Source: an uncultured delta proteobacterium (GTDB taxonomy: Bacteria > Myxococcota_A > Polyangia > Polyangiales > Polyangiaceae). Taken from it: a stretch of DNA of 64,000 nucleotides. How positions within the stretch are numbered: position 1 is the stretch's first letter; every line of letters starts with the position of its first letter. The stretch spans positions 288,001-352,000 of the forward strand of contig CAVQUB010000011.1 in assembly GCA_963716725.1 (NCBI GenBank), given 5' to 3'. The translations under genes and the position numbers were made by a program. The notes under the pieces were generated by a model that saw only the letters and a program-made list of their open reading frames with translations, was not told where the DNA came from and searched no databases. This document shows positions 47,149 to 56,373 of the stretch, one piece after another.

Positions 47149-48683
47149 TGGCGGAGACCCCTTACCTCTCCGCGCTTTCGTCCGGGCTCGGGCGGCTCGA
47201 ACGAGTGCTCCTGCGGGTATGGCAGCTGCTCAGCGTGCTCGGAATCGCAACCGGGCTCGCCTATGGCGTGCTGGTGTCGCGACCGCTCGGGTTCGCGTGC
47301 GCGTTGGGCTCGTCGCTGTTCCTGATCTGGTTCGTCGTCGCCGGGCACCTCGCCGATCGCGGCGAGGCCCCCCGATCGCTGACCAGCATCAACGCCGCAG
47401 TGGAGGCCCTCGTCCCCTGGGCCTTCATGCTGGCGATCAGCGTGAGCAAGGGCGCCGAATACGCCCTGGCCTCGTGGGTGCCGCCGTTCCTGTTCTGCAG
47501 CTGCATCGTGACCCATGTGGCGCGACTCCGACTCTGGGCGCCGGCAGTCCTCGGGCTCTCGGGGGCGCTTGCTTACCCGCTGCTCTACTGGTCGTTCATC
47601 GTGGCGCGACTGCCGCCAAGTGCGCACGACTTCCTGATCAATCAGCCCTCGACGCAGCATGCTCGAACGGTGACGCTCGCCGTCTCCGGTCTGGTGGGCA
47701 CCCTCCTGGTGATGGGGCTCCACGCGGTGGTGACTGGCGCCGAAAAAGCCGCGCGTGAGCGCGAGCTCGGGGGAAGGTACCGTATCGTCCGCGATCACTC
47801 GTCCGGCGCCACCGGCGCGGTCTACGAAGGAGAATACTGCCCGGAAGGAGGCTTCACTCGTCGAGTCGCCATCCGCCGCTTTCACAGCCACGTCGCAGAG
47901 CACGCAGACTTGATGCATGGCTTTTGCACGGCCGCCGAAGAGACCGCACGGCTGGTGCACCCAAACATCGTGCAGGTGCTGGATTTCCTGCGCGCCGCTG
48001 GCTCACATTTCTTGGTCCTCGAGTGGGTCGATGGCGTCTCGCTGGACGCTTTGACGCGCAGCGCGCGGGCGACGCGGCAAGGGTTCGACCCGGAGCTGGT
48101 GGCCTACGTGGGCCTCGAGATGCTCGCCGGCCTCGCCCACGCCCACGCTGGAGTGCTCGGCGGCGACGGTGACCCCGTCTGCGTCTTGCACAGGGATCTG
48201 AGCCCCGATGCCGTGCTGGTATCGACCAACGGCGAGGTGAAGCTCGGCGGCTTCGCGGTCGCCTCGGCGTTGCGTGAATTCAACCGCCAGAGCGAAGGGC
48301 ACGTCGGCACCATGGCGCCGGAGTGCAGCGGCGGCGCCCCGGACGTCCGGAGCGATCTGTACTCCGGCGGCGCCATCCTCTGGGAAATGCTGCTCGGGCG
48401 CCGACGAGCGCCGGGGGAGAGCGTTTGCGTCACTGCCTCTCGCGCGGATCTCGCTCCCGAGTGGGACGCCTTCTTCGCTCGGGCCGTCGCCGACGACCCC
48501 GAAGCCCGGGCCGGGAGCGCAATGGAGCTCATGAGTCTGCTCGCGGCGGTCCCCCGGCGGGAAGCGAGCACGACGCGCAAACACCTCGCCAGCCTGGTGA
48601 CACAGCTGCGCGCGAGTCATGCGGCTCGCACCGGGGTCTTCGATGGGCTCAGCGCCGACGGTAGGGCCGTGGGTCGAGATTGA
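47148..48683 (+). CDS. Multi-TM protein with a C-terminal Ser/Thr pseudokinase domain
   Basis: About 6 TM helices, then a kinase fold with VAIR (for VAIK), HRDLSPDA and LGGF (for xDFG), TMAPE, DLYS; TGATG coupling. Confidence 0.82.
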   Translation: MAETPYLSALSSGLGRLERVLLRVWQLLSVLGIATGLAYGVLVSRPLGFACALGSSLFLIWFVVAGHLADRGEAPRSLTSINAAVEALVPWAFMLAISVSKGAEYALASWVPPFLFCSCIVTHVARLRLWAPAVLGLSGALAYPLLYWSFIVARLPPSAHDFLINQPSTQHARTVTLAVSGLVGTLLVMGLHAVVTGAEKAARERELGGRYRIVRDHSSGATGAVYEGEYCPEGGFTRRVAIRRFHSHVAEHADLMHGFCTAAEETARLVHPNIVQVLDFLRAAGSHFLVLEWVDGVSLDALTRSARATRQGFDPELVAYVGLEMLAGLAHAHAGVLGGDGDPVCVLHRDLSPDAVLVSTNGEVKLGGFAVASALREFNRQSEGHVGTMAPECSGGAPDVRSDLYSGGAILWEMLLGRRRAPGESVCVTASRADLAPEWDAFFARAVADDPEARAGSAMELMSLLAAVPRREASTTRKHLASLVTQLRASHAARTGVFDGLSADGRAVGRD

Positions 48684-49962
48684 GACGGCGAATCGCTTCG
48701 TAGAGCGCCGATCGCCCCATGCCCAGCAGCGCCGCGGCCGCGGCCACGTCTCCCGACGTCTGCTCGAGCGCCTCAGCCACGCGAGCGTGCTCGAGCTCCG
48801 TCGCGCTGATGGCCGACCGTCGCGGTGCCGGCAGCACCAGCAATGCGACGACGTCTTCGTCTCCGATCTCGGTGCGCCCCTTGCGGCGCGCGACCTCCAC
48901 GGCTGCTGCGACCACGTTTCGAAGCTCGCGCACGTTGCCCGGCCAGGGGTGAAGCATCAGGCGCTCGAGCGCGGCGTGAGACACCTCGGCGCCAGCAGAC
49001 GCCGCGAACGCCAGCGCCAGCAGCGGAACGTCCTCGCGCCGGTCGCGAAGCGGAGGCAGCCGAACCCGGAGGCCCGCCAGGCGGTGCAACAGGTCACCGC
49101 GGAATGCCCCGGACTCGATCAGCTCATCAACGTCGCGGTTCGTGGCAGCCACCACCCGCGTGTCGACCATCAGCGGTTGGTCATCGCCCACCGGACGAAC
49201 TTCGCCGGTCTCGAGGGTCCTGAGCAGCTTGGCCTGCACCGGGGCAGGCATCTCGCCGATTTCGTCGAGGAAGAGCGTTCCGCCATGCGCCGTCCGAAAA
49301 AGACCGGTGCGCTCCCGCGTGGCACCCGAGAACGCCCCCCGGGCGTGGCCGAACAGCTCCGCGTCCACCAGCTCGCCAGGCACGGCGGCGCAGTTCAGCG
49401 CCACGAAGGGACCCGGCCGCTCACTCGTCTCGTGCACGAGACGGGCAATGACCTCCTTGCCCGTGCCGGTCTGCCCGAGCACGAGCACCGGGCTCCGCGT
49501 AGGACCGATGGTGAGCACTGCGTCCCGCGCCTCGTCGAGGGACGCCCCGCCGATGAGACCCCGCAATTCCTCGGGTCGAGGCCTGAAGTAGGGGGCCACG
49601 TCGGCGACGACGAACAGGGCTCGGCCAACCCGCAGGACTGCCTGTCGACCCGCCAGCGCGGCGGACTTTCCGACCCGGACTCCGTCAACCCAAGTCCCGT
49701 TACGGCTGCCCAGATCCGTGACCAGCACCCCGTCGCCGCGTCGCTCGACGCGGGCGTGCTGTCGCGACGACCCCGGATCGTCCAATCGCAGATCGGCGGA
49801 CTCGTCGCGACCCATGCTGACGGGTCGTGAAAGGTCGACCGGCCTGAGCCCGACTCCGGTGCTTCCCGGGGCCATCAGCAGGCCAGTCACCGCCGGATCG
49901 CCGAAGCCGGAGACCGCGGCGAGGACATGTTCGGTGACGGTGCGCTCGGTCACGGCCGCCAT
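48649..49962 (-). CDS. FHA-domain sigma54-dependent transcriptional activator
   Basis: FHA MGRD..SSRQHA..GSRNGTWVDG; GQTGTGKE, GAFSGA, LFLDEIG, WPGNVREL, HTH. Start may be GTG 49953. Confidence 0.92.
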   Translation of the reverse strand: MAAVTERTVTEHVLAAVSGFGDPAVTGLLMAPGSTGVGLRPVDLSRPVSMGRDESADLRLDDPGSSRQHARVERRGDGVLVTDLGSRNGTWVDGVRVGKSAALAGRQAVLRVGRALFVVADVAPYFRPRPEELRGLIGGASLDEARDAVLTIGPTRSPVLVLGQTGTGKEVIARLVHETSERPGPFVALNCAAVPGELVDAELFGHARGAFSGATRERTGLFRTAHGGTLFLDEIGEMPAPVQAKLLRTLETGEVRPVGDDQPLMVDTRVVAATNRDVDELIESGAFRGDLLHRLAGLRVRLPPLRDRREDVPLLALAFAASAGAEVSHAALERLMLHPWPGNVRELRNVVAAAVEVARRKGRTEIGDEDVVALLVLPAPRRSAISATELEHARVAEALEQTSGDVAAAAALLGMGRSALYEAIRRLNLDPRPYRRR

Positions 49963-49987
49963 TGTACTCGATGCGCGCCTGCCCCGC

Positions 49988-51118
49988 TCAGAGCCCGAGC
50001 CCCTTGGCGATGATCTCGTTCATGATCTCGGTCGTGCCGCCGCCGATGGGCAAGAGGCGGGCGTCGCGGCTCAAGCGCTCCACCCGCGTCTCGCGCATGA
50101 AGCCCATGCCGCCGAAGATCTGCACGGCCTCGTAGCAGACGCGCTGAGCCACCTCGGCGGCAAAGTTCTTCGCCATGCTCACCTCGGTGACCAAGTACTC
50201 ACCGTCTCGAACTCTGAGGGCGCACGAGTAGTCCAGGGTTCGTGCGGCTTCGACCTCGGTGGCCATGCGCGCGAGCTTGTGGCGCGTGACTTGAAAGCCC
50301 ACCAGCGGTCGACCAAAGGCCTGCCGCTCCTTGGCGTAAGCGATGGCATCTTCGAGGGCGATGGCCGCCGTGGCGTGGCCGTAAAAGGCCAAGGCCAGTC
50401 GCTCGTGCTGGAAATTCTTCATCAGCGCGACGAAGCCCGAGCCTTCTTCCCCGATGCGATTTGCTTCCGGGACTCGCACCTCGTCGAAGGCGAGCTCGGC
50501 CGTGTCGCTCGCACGCCAGCCAGTCTTCTTCAGGGCGCGTGAGACGGCAAAGCCCGGCATGCCCTTCTCGATCACGAAGAAGGTCAGTCCGCCGTGTTTG
50601 TCGGCGCCCGTGCGGGCCAGCACGCTCACTGTGTCGGCCCGGGCCCCGCTGGTGATGAACAGCTTGGAGCCGCTGATCAGGTAGTCACTGCCGTCTCGCA
50701 CCGCACGCGTCGAGATGCCAGCCACGTCGCTGCCTGTGCCGGGCTCGGTGATGGCGAGCGCGGCGACTTTCTCTCCCGCGAGCACCGGCGACACGAAGCG
50801 TCGCTTCTGCTCTTCGGAGCCCAACACCAAGATCGGGGGCAGCGCGATCCCCAGGCTGCCGAGGCCCGCCACGACGCCGCTCGAGCCGCCGGTGAGCAAG
50901 GCTTCGACACCGATCAGGCCGTGAAGCATGTCGCCGCCGCCGCCGCCGTACTCTTCCGGATAGGCCGCCGCGAGCACACCGGCCGCTGCGGCCTCCCGGT
51001 ACAGCTCCAGAGGAAAGAGCTCGGCCTCTTCCCACTCATCGGCGAAGGGGGCGATCTTCTCCTTGGCGAAGCGCAGGCAGGTCTGGCGGTAGAGCTCGTA
51101 GTGGTCGTCGAGCTTCAT
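49988..51118 (-). CDS. Acyl-CoA dehydrogenase
   Basis: AITEPGTGSD, GSKLFIT, ERLALA, RQAFG, QIFGGMG, IGGGTTEI. Confidence 0.95.
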   Translation of the reverse strand: MKLDDHYELYRQTCLRFAKEKIAPFADEWEEAELFPLELYREAAAAGVLAAAYPEEYGGGGGDMLHGLIGVEALLTGGSSGVVAGLGSLGIALPPILVLGSEEQKRRFVSPVLAGEKVAALAITEPGTGSDVAGISTRAVRDGSDYLISGSKLFITSGARADTVSVLARTGADKHGGLTFFVIEKGMPGFAVSRALKKTGWRASDTAELAFDEVRVPEANRIGEEGSGFVALMKNFQHERLALAFYGHATAAIALEDAIAYAKERQAFGRPLVGFQVTRHKLARMATEVEAARTLDYSCALRVRDGEYLVTEVSMAKNFAAEVAQRVCYEAVQIFGGMGFMRETRVERLSRDARLLPIGGGTTEIMNEIIAKGLGL

Positions 51119-51135
51119 GCGGTCGGAGCTCCTGC

Positions 51136-51537
51136 CTAGTGACAGTTTTCGAAGGTCATGCTGGCGACGACGGTATTGCCACCGCCGGTACAATTCGCGG
51201 TGACGGAGCCCTTGATGTTCTTCACGCCGTTCACTTCGCTGTTCTGCAGCTCCATGACCATGCTGCCGCACCCCTCACCCAACATGTCGGTGAAGGTGCT
51301 GCCCGGCGGGAAGAAGTAGACTTGCACTTTGCCGTCCGGCTGCTGAAGGAAGCGCACACGTCGCCCGCCGCTGTCGAGGAAGTCCACGCCGCTGAACTTC
51401 GGCATATTCGCCTGTCCAGACCGACAGGTGTCCACCGCGAATGGCGCGCCGTTCACCGTGATGGTGCCGCTCGACTTGGACTTGCATGCCAGCAATGAGG
51501 CGACCACGAGAATCCCAAACGCGAGAGTTTGCCGCAT
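51136..51537 (-). CDS. Small lipoprotein
   Basis: MRQTLAFGILVVASLLAC lipobox; four further Cys. Confidence 0.75.
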   Translation of the reverse strand: MRQTLAFGILVVASLLACKSKSSGTITVNGAPFAVDTCRSGQANMPKFSGVDFLDSGGRRVRFLQQPDGKVQVYFFPPGSTFTDMLGEGCGSMVMELQNSEVNGVKNIKGSVTANCTGGGNTVVASMTFENCH

Positions 51538-51548
51538 GACCACCGGAA

Positions 51549-52433
51549 CTAGCATCCGTGAGGAGCGGCTGCAACGGCGGCGCCGAGCGCGTCGATGAGG
51601 AGTGCGTTGACCTGCGCCGGGTCTTCTTGGTGAGCGAAGTGGCCGGTGTTCGGCAGCACGTGCAGCGCAAGTTGGGGTGCGATCCGGTGGTGCTCGGCTG
51701 CGAGCTCGGGCACGAAGCAGGCGTCGTCTTCGGCCCAGATCAAGGTCACGGGTCGCTCGACCCGCGGCAACTCGGGAGGCACGAACAAATGCCGCAACCC
51801 AGCGCGAATAGCTGTGCGGTAGTACGCGAGGGGCGCGCGCAGCGACGCGACGCGACCCACGGCTCCGCGCGCCGTGGCGATGAGCTCGGCGGGGGCGCGC
51901 TCGGCGCCGGGCGTCTCTCGGAACATGCGCCCGAGGTTCGCTGCGCCCCGCCGCGAGAGCCAGAGCTCGGGAACGACCGGCAGTTGGAAGAAGATCATGT
52001 ACCAGCTCTTGGCGAGCTGTCTCGGGTTCGAGGCGAGGGCGATCTGCATCAGCACCGGATGCGCGCACGCAATCACCACCGCGCGCTCCACCAGCTCCGG
52101 ATGCTGGCCGGCCAACAGCCAGGCAATGGCGCCACCCCAGTCGTGCCCGACGACCCGCATCGGTGTGTCGCTCACCTCCCGGCACAGCCCCGCGACGTCC
52201 TGGACCAACGTGTCGAGATCGTACCCACCGCTCGGCCGGGCGCTCTCACCGTAGCCCCGCAGATCCGGCGCGATCACGCGGAGGCCGGCGGCGACCAAGG
52301 CGCCCATCTGCAGATCCCACGAGCGGTGGGTCTCCGGAAATCCGTGCAGCAGTACCACGGCTGGCCCGCTGCCTGCCTCCACGTAGTGCAGGCGGATGCC
52401 GTTCACCTTGGTGAAGTGATGGATCAGCTCCAT
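51549..52433 (-). CDS. Alpha/beta hydrolase, epoxide-hydrolase-like
   Basis: LLHGFPE, APDLRGYG, GHDWGG, SWY, YYR, GHF. Confidence 0.93.
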   Translation of the reverse strand: MELIHHFTKVNGIRLHYVEAGSGPAVVLLHGFPETHRSWDLQMGALVAAGLRVIAPDLRGYGESARPSGGYDLDTLVQDVAGLCREVSDTPMRVVGHDWGGAIAWLLAGQHPELVERAVVIACAHPVLMQIALASNPRQLAKSWYMIFFQLPVVPELWLSRRGAANLGRMFRETPGAERAPAELIATARGAVGRVASLRAPLAYYRTAIRAGLRHLFVPPELPRVERPVTLIWAEDDACFVPELAAEHHRIAPQLALHVLPNTGHFAHQEDPAQVNALLIDALGAAVAAAPHGC

Positions 52434-52452
52434 GCGCTCGAGCCTAGGGCAG

Positions 52453-53487
52453 TCACGGCATTGGGTGCGCGATGAAGAACTGCATCACGGCCTCGCCCCA
52501 CTTGAAGGGTGAGGACTGATCGCACTTGAAGGAGAACACCTGGCCCGGCTGCCCGCTGGGGTCGGTGCTGCCCGGATAGCAGTGCCCTCCGATCAGCGCC
52601 GCGCCGGTGTAGTCGTGTTGCAACATCTCGAACACGGTGCCCTTGGCGTTGGTGTAGCGATCCCAGACGTGCATGGCGTCCTGTGAAACGGGCGTGCCCT
52701 TGTTCATGCCCAGGACCTTGATCACGGCGTCGCGGCTGGTTTGTGCCGTGGAGAACGCGACCAGTGCGTCTTTGGTGCCGTGCATGTAGAGCATGGGCAT
52801 CTCTCGCTTGGGAGCCTTGCCCTTGGCGTAGCAGTTCTCCTGCACCGACTGTCCGAAGGCGGCCGGAGCCGCGCTCGCGATCACGTCCGAGTGGTCGCAG
52901 ATGAATCGCCAGGTCATGTCGCCCCCCTGGGAGAAGCCGGTGAAGTGGATCCGCTTTTCGTCGACGTGGAAGGCCGCGCGAGTGCGCTGCATGAAGTCGA
53001 AGACCTTGGTGTCGTCTTCGGCCGCAGCCCAACTCGACAGCGGCGGCGCGGGATCGGCGTTGGGGTTGACGACGATGTATCCGTGCTGCGCGCCGAGAGC
53101 GACGAGCTTGGTGTTCGCGTCCTCCATCTTGCCGCTCATCGAAAAACCGTGCACGTCGAAGATCAGCCCGCAGGCTTTCGTCAGACAGGCAGCGGGAACC
53201 GACACGTTCCACTTCAGGCCGCTGCAATCGAAGACGTGATCGGCCTTCGCGCTCACGTCCTTGATGCAGTCGTCGGCGACCGGTGGAGGAAACGCGCCTC
53301 CGCCCGAGCCCCCGCTGCCCGATGCGCCGCCGCTGGACACACCGCCCACGCCTGCGCCGCCACCGGTCGACGCTCCACCGGAGCTGGACGCTCCGCCCGT
53401 CGCCTTCGCTCCGCCATCGTCATCGTCGGAGCCGCACCCGCTGGTCAACGCGAAGACCGCTGCCAGGACCCACCACTTTGCCCGCAT
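52453..53487 (-). CDS. Lipoprotein esterase, LpqC/PHB-depolymerase-like
   Basis: Lipobox-like TSGC, Gly linker, DVHG, TGFSQGG, MHGTKD, GGH. True start ATG 53487; the 1245-aa ORF is an upstream extension artefact. Confidence 0.85.
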   Translation of the reverse strand: MRAKWWVLAAVFALTSGCGSDDDDGGAKATGGASSSGGASTGGGAGVGGVSSGGASGSGGSGGGAFPPPVADDCIKDVSAKADHVFDCSGLKWNVSVPAACLTKACGLIFDVHGFSMSGKMEDANTKLVALGAQHGYIVVNPNADPAPPLSSWAAAEDDTKVFDFMQRTRAAFHVDEKRIHFTGFSQGGDMTWRFICDHSDVIASAAPAAFGQSVQENCYAKGKAPKREMPMLYMHGTKDALVAFSTAQTSRDAVIKVLGMNKGTPVSQDAMHVWDRYTNAKGTVFEMLQHDYTGAALIGGHCYPGSTDPSGQPGQVFSFKCDQSSPFKWGEAVMQFFIAHPMP

Positions 53488-53544
53488 GAGGGTCACAGTA
53501 GCGCGTTTTCTCCGCCCCACGACCCGCGCTAGACTCTCGACGTC

Positions 53545-54633
53545 ATGCGAGGCGCTCTCGGACTTGGGCTCGGGCTGGTGATTGGTGCCGCCTTCGCGGG
53601 CGCCGCCTGCGGCTCGGACGAGCCCGCCGATACGGGCTTCAGCGCGGGGAACGACGCCTCGGTGGACGTGTTCCTGGGCAGCGACGCCTCCATCTGGCCC
53701 GACGTGGATCCGACCCCCGACGCCGGACCCGGACCGAGCCCCGGCTTCGACGCCGCGGATACCGGCCCTCCGATCGTGAGCTGCACGGGGAAGGCGGGCA
53801 AGAAGGGCAGCGCGATCTCCATCAGCGTCCAGAGCGGCGGGCGCAAACGCAGCAGCCTCTTGCACATTCCCGACAAGTACGACCCCGCCTCGGGCGCGAT
53901 GTTGGTCTTGAATTTCCATGGCTTCACGTCCGCGGGCTGGCAGCAGGCGCTGCTCTCGCGCATGAGCCAAGAGAGCGATCAACGCGGCTTCATCGTGGCC
54001 TATCCCGAAGGCGTGTCCATGAGTTGGAACGCCGGCGACTGCTGCGGCGTCGCCTGGACCGACGGCGTCGACGACCTGAAGTTCGTGCGCGATCTGCTCG
54101 ACGCCATCGAAGCCGAGTGGTGCATCGACAAGAAGCGGATCTTCGCCACTGGCATGTCCAATGGGGGCTTCTTCGCCCACCGCCTGGCGTGCTCGCTGAG
54201 CGATCGAATCGCGGCGGTGGCGCCGGTGGCCGGCGTGCTCGGTATCGAACCCAACACCTGCACGCCCTATCGGCCGATGCCGATCCTGGACATTCACGGC
54301 AGCTCCGACGGCATCGTGCCCTACGGCGGCGGCACGCCCCTCGTGCCCCAGCTCGGCGTCGGCTTGGTGTTCCGGTCCGTCCCCGAGACCATCGAGTTCT
54401 GGCGCAAGAAGAACGGTTGTTCGACCTTCGAGCAGGAGATCTTCGCCAAGGGCGACGCGCGTTGCGTCCGCTATCCGGACTGTCAGGCCGGCGTCGGCAC
54501 CGTGCACTGCCGCATCGACGGCGGCGGGCACACCTGGCCCGGCGGGCTCGCCATTCCAGCGGGCAAGACCTCCAGCGACCTCAGCGCGACGACGACGATG
54601 CTGGACTTCTTCGAGGCGAACTCCCTGCCCTGA
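53545..54633 (+). CDS. Lipoprotein esterase, LpqC/PHB-depolymerase-like
   Basis: Lipobox GAAC; NFHG, VAYPEG, WNAGDCCG, TGMSNGG, IHGSSD, GGGHTWPGG. Confidence 0.92.
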   Translation: MRGALGLGLGLVIGAAFAGAACGSDEPADTGFSAGNDASVDVFLGSDASIWPDVDPTPDAGPGPSPGFDAADTGPPIVSCTGKAGKKGSAISISVQSGGRKRSSLLHIPDKYDPASGAMLVLNFHGFTSAGWQQALLSRMSQESDQRGFIVAYPEGVSMSWNAGDCCGVAWTDGVDDLKFVRDLLDAIEAEWCIDKKRIFATGMSNGGFFAHRLACSLSDRIAAVAPVAGVLGIEPNTCTPYRPMPILDIHGSSDGIVPYGGGTPLVPQLGVGLVFRSVPETIEFWRKKNGCSTFEQEIFAKGDARCVRYPDCQAGVGTVHCRIDGGGHTWPGGLAIPAGKTSSDLSATTTMLDFFEANSLP

Positions 54634-54664
54634 GCGGCGTTTTCTGGGTATTTTCGGGTTCTCT

Positions 54665-54681
54665 CCTGAACACATTCGTAG
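54665..54681 (-). promoter_or_regulatory. Candidate myxobacterial-type LexA (SOS) box upstream of ppx
   Basis: Minus strand CTACGAATGTGTTCAGG matches 16/17 positions of the Myxococcus LexA consensus as I recall it (CTRHAMRYBYGTTCAGS); AT-rich intergenic site. Confidence 0.4.
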
Positions 54682-54816
54682 TACTGCCAAGGACGTCACT
54701 CGAGGTCCCCGACCTGGGACGTGAGTGAGACTGAGCGGGCAGAGTCCCCGCAGGGCATCATGCAGGCCGCGAGGCACCTCTCCATCGTCCGCGCCGTCGG
54801 AGCGCCAAGGCACCAG

Positions 54817-56373
54817 ATGAAGCTCGCTGCGATCGACATTGGGAGCAACTCCGTCCACATGATCGTGGCCGGCACACGCGACAACCATTCCTTCGAGATC
54901 CTGGATCGCGAAAAGGAGATGGTCTTCCTGGGCAAGAGCGTATTCGACCAGGGTCGCCTCAGCGAAGAGGCCGCCGCTCGTGGCTTGAGCGCCATCCTCA
55001 AGTTCCACAAGCTCGCGCTGCGCCACGGGGTCAGCGACATCCGAGCGGTGGCCACCTCCGCTGTGCGAGAGGCCGACAACGGCGGCGAGTTCTTGTACGC
55101 CATCGCCGAGCAGACCGGCATCGTGCCGCAGGTCATCACCGGCGCTGAAGAGGCGCGCTACATCTACCTCTCGGTCCGCAACGCCATCGATCTCTCCAAC
55201 CGCGGAGCGCTGATCCTCGACATCGGCGGCGGCAGCGTCGAGACTATTGTCGGCGACGCGCGATCGATGTGGCTCGGACGCAGCCTCAAGCTCGGCGTGC
55301 AGCGACTGCGTGCCGAGTTCGGCGGCGGCGCCGCCCTGGGCAAACGCGAGAAGAAAGAGCTCGAAGACCACGTGGGCAAGGTGGCCGAGAAAGCCTTGCT
55401 CGAGGCCCGGGCCGCAAAGTTCGATTTGGCCATTGGCACCAGCGGCACCATCCTGGCGCTGGGGCAGGCCGCCCACCGACTGAAGGGCGGCGAGCCCTGG
55501 ACCAACGCCACCGGTCACGTCGTCAGCCTCGAAGACCTGAGAGCGCTCGCCGAGCGACTGATCAACGTGAGCCCGGCAGAGCGCGCGCTGATCGGCGGCA
55601 TCGACGCCAACCGCGCGGACTCGATCCACGTCGGCGCCGTGCTGCTCTGCACCTTGCTCGAGCTGTCCAAGCAGGATCGCATCACCCTCTGCGAAGCCGC
55701 GCTGCGCGAGGGGCTGGTGCTCGACTACCTCGAGAACAGCGCCGACACCATCCGCCAGTTCGACGTCGTCAAGGACATCCGTCGGCACAGCGTGATGGAG
55801 CTGGCACGCCGTTGCGGCCAATCGGGACCGCACCCCGAGCACGTGGCCGCCCTGGCGCTCTCGATCTTCGACCAGACCCGGCACCTGCACCGTCTCGGTG
55901 ACGACCAGCGCAGCTTGCTCGAGTACGCGGGCATCTTGCACGACGTCGGGCAACACATCGGCTACGAACGCCACGAGCACCACGCGGCCTACATCATCAG
56001 GAACGGCGAGCTCCGCGGCTTCTCCGACCGGGAGCGCGAGCTGATCGCGATGCTCGCGCGCTACCACCGAAAATCGCGCCCCAAGCGCCGGGATGCCGAC
56101 TACGCGGCGCTTCCCTCGCGACAGCGCCGGACCGTGCGGGTGCTCTCGGGCATCCTCCGCCTCGCGGACGGCCTCGACCGCAGCCACCACCAGTTCGTCA
56201 CGGGTGTGGTCATCGACGAGCGCGACGGCGCGCTACACTTCGACGTCGTCACCCAAGGCGACGCCGAGCTCGAGGTGTGGGGAGCGCGTCGCAAAGGCAA
56301 CCTGCTCGAACGCGAGCTCGGCCGCTCCTTCGAGCTCTGTATGACGACCCCCACCAAGGCCGCGAGCGCGTGA
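54817..56373 (+). CDS. ppx: Ppx/GppA exopolyphosphatase with a C-terminal HD domain
   Basis: AAIDIGSNS, VATSAVREA, EEAR, DIGGGSVE, ALREG, LHDVG, LRLADGLD. Start could be 54721, 54760 or 54817. Confidence 0.92.
   Translation: MKLAAIDIGSNSVHMIVAGTRDNHSFEILDREKEMVFLGKSVFDQGRLSEEAAARGLSAILKFHKLALRHGVSDIRAVATSAVREADNGGEFLYAIAEQTGIVPQVITGAEEARYIYLSVRNAIDLSNRGALILDIGGGSVETIVGDARSMWLGRSLKLGVQRLRAEFGGGAALGKREKKELEDHVGKVAEKALLEARAAKFDLAIGTSGTILALGQAAHRLKGGEPWTNATGHVVSLEDLRALAERLINVSPAERALIGGIDANRADSIHVGAVLLCTLLELSKQDRITLCEAALREGLVLDYLENSADTIRQFDVVKDIRRHSVMELARRCGQSGPHPEHVAALALSIFDQTRHLHRLGDDQRSLLEYAGILHDVGQHIGYERHEHHAAYIIRNGELRGFSDRERELIAMLARYHRKSRPKRRDADYAALPSRQRRTVRVLSGILRLADGLDRSHHQFVTGVVIDERDGALHFDVVTQGDAELEVWGARRKGNLLERELGRSFELCMTTPTKAASA

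Noticed and set aside
52453..56190. 1245-aa minus-strand ORF
   Set aside because: Only the last 344 codons (from ATG 53487) look real; the rest is antisense to the esterase and ppx genes, a common high-GC artefact.
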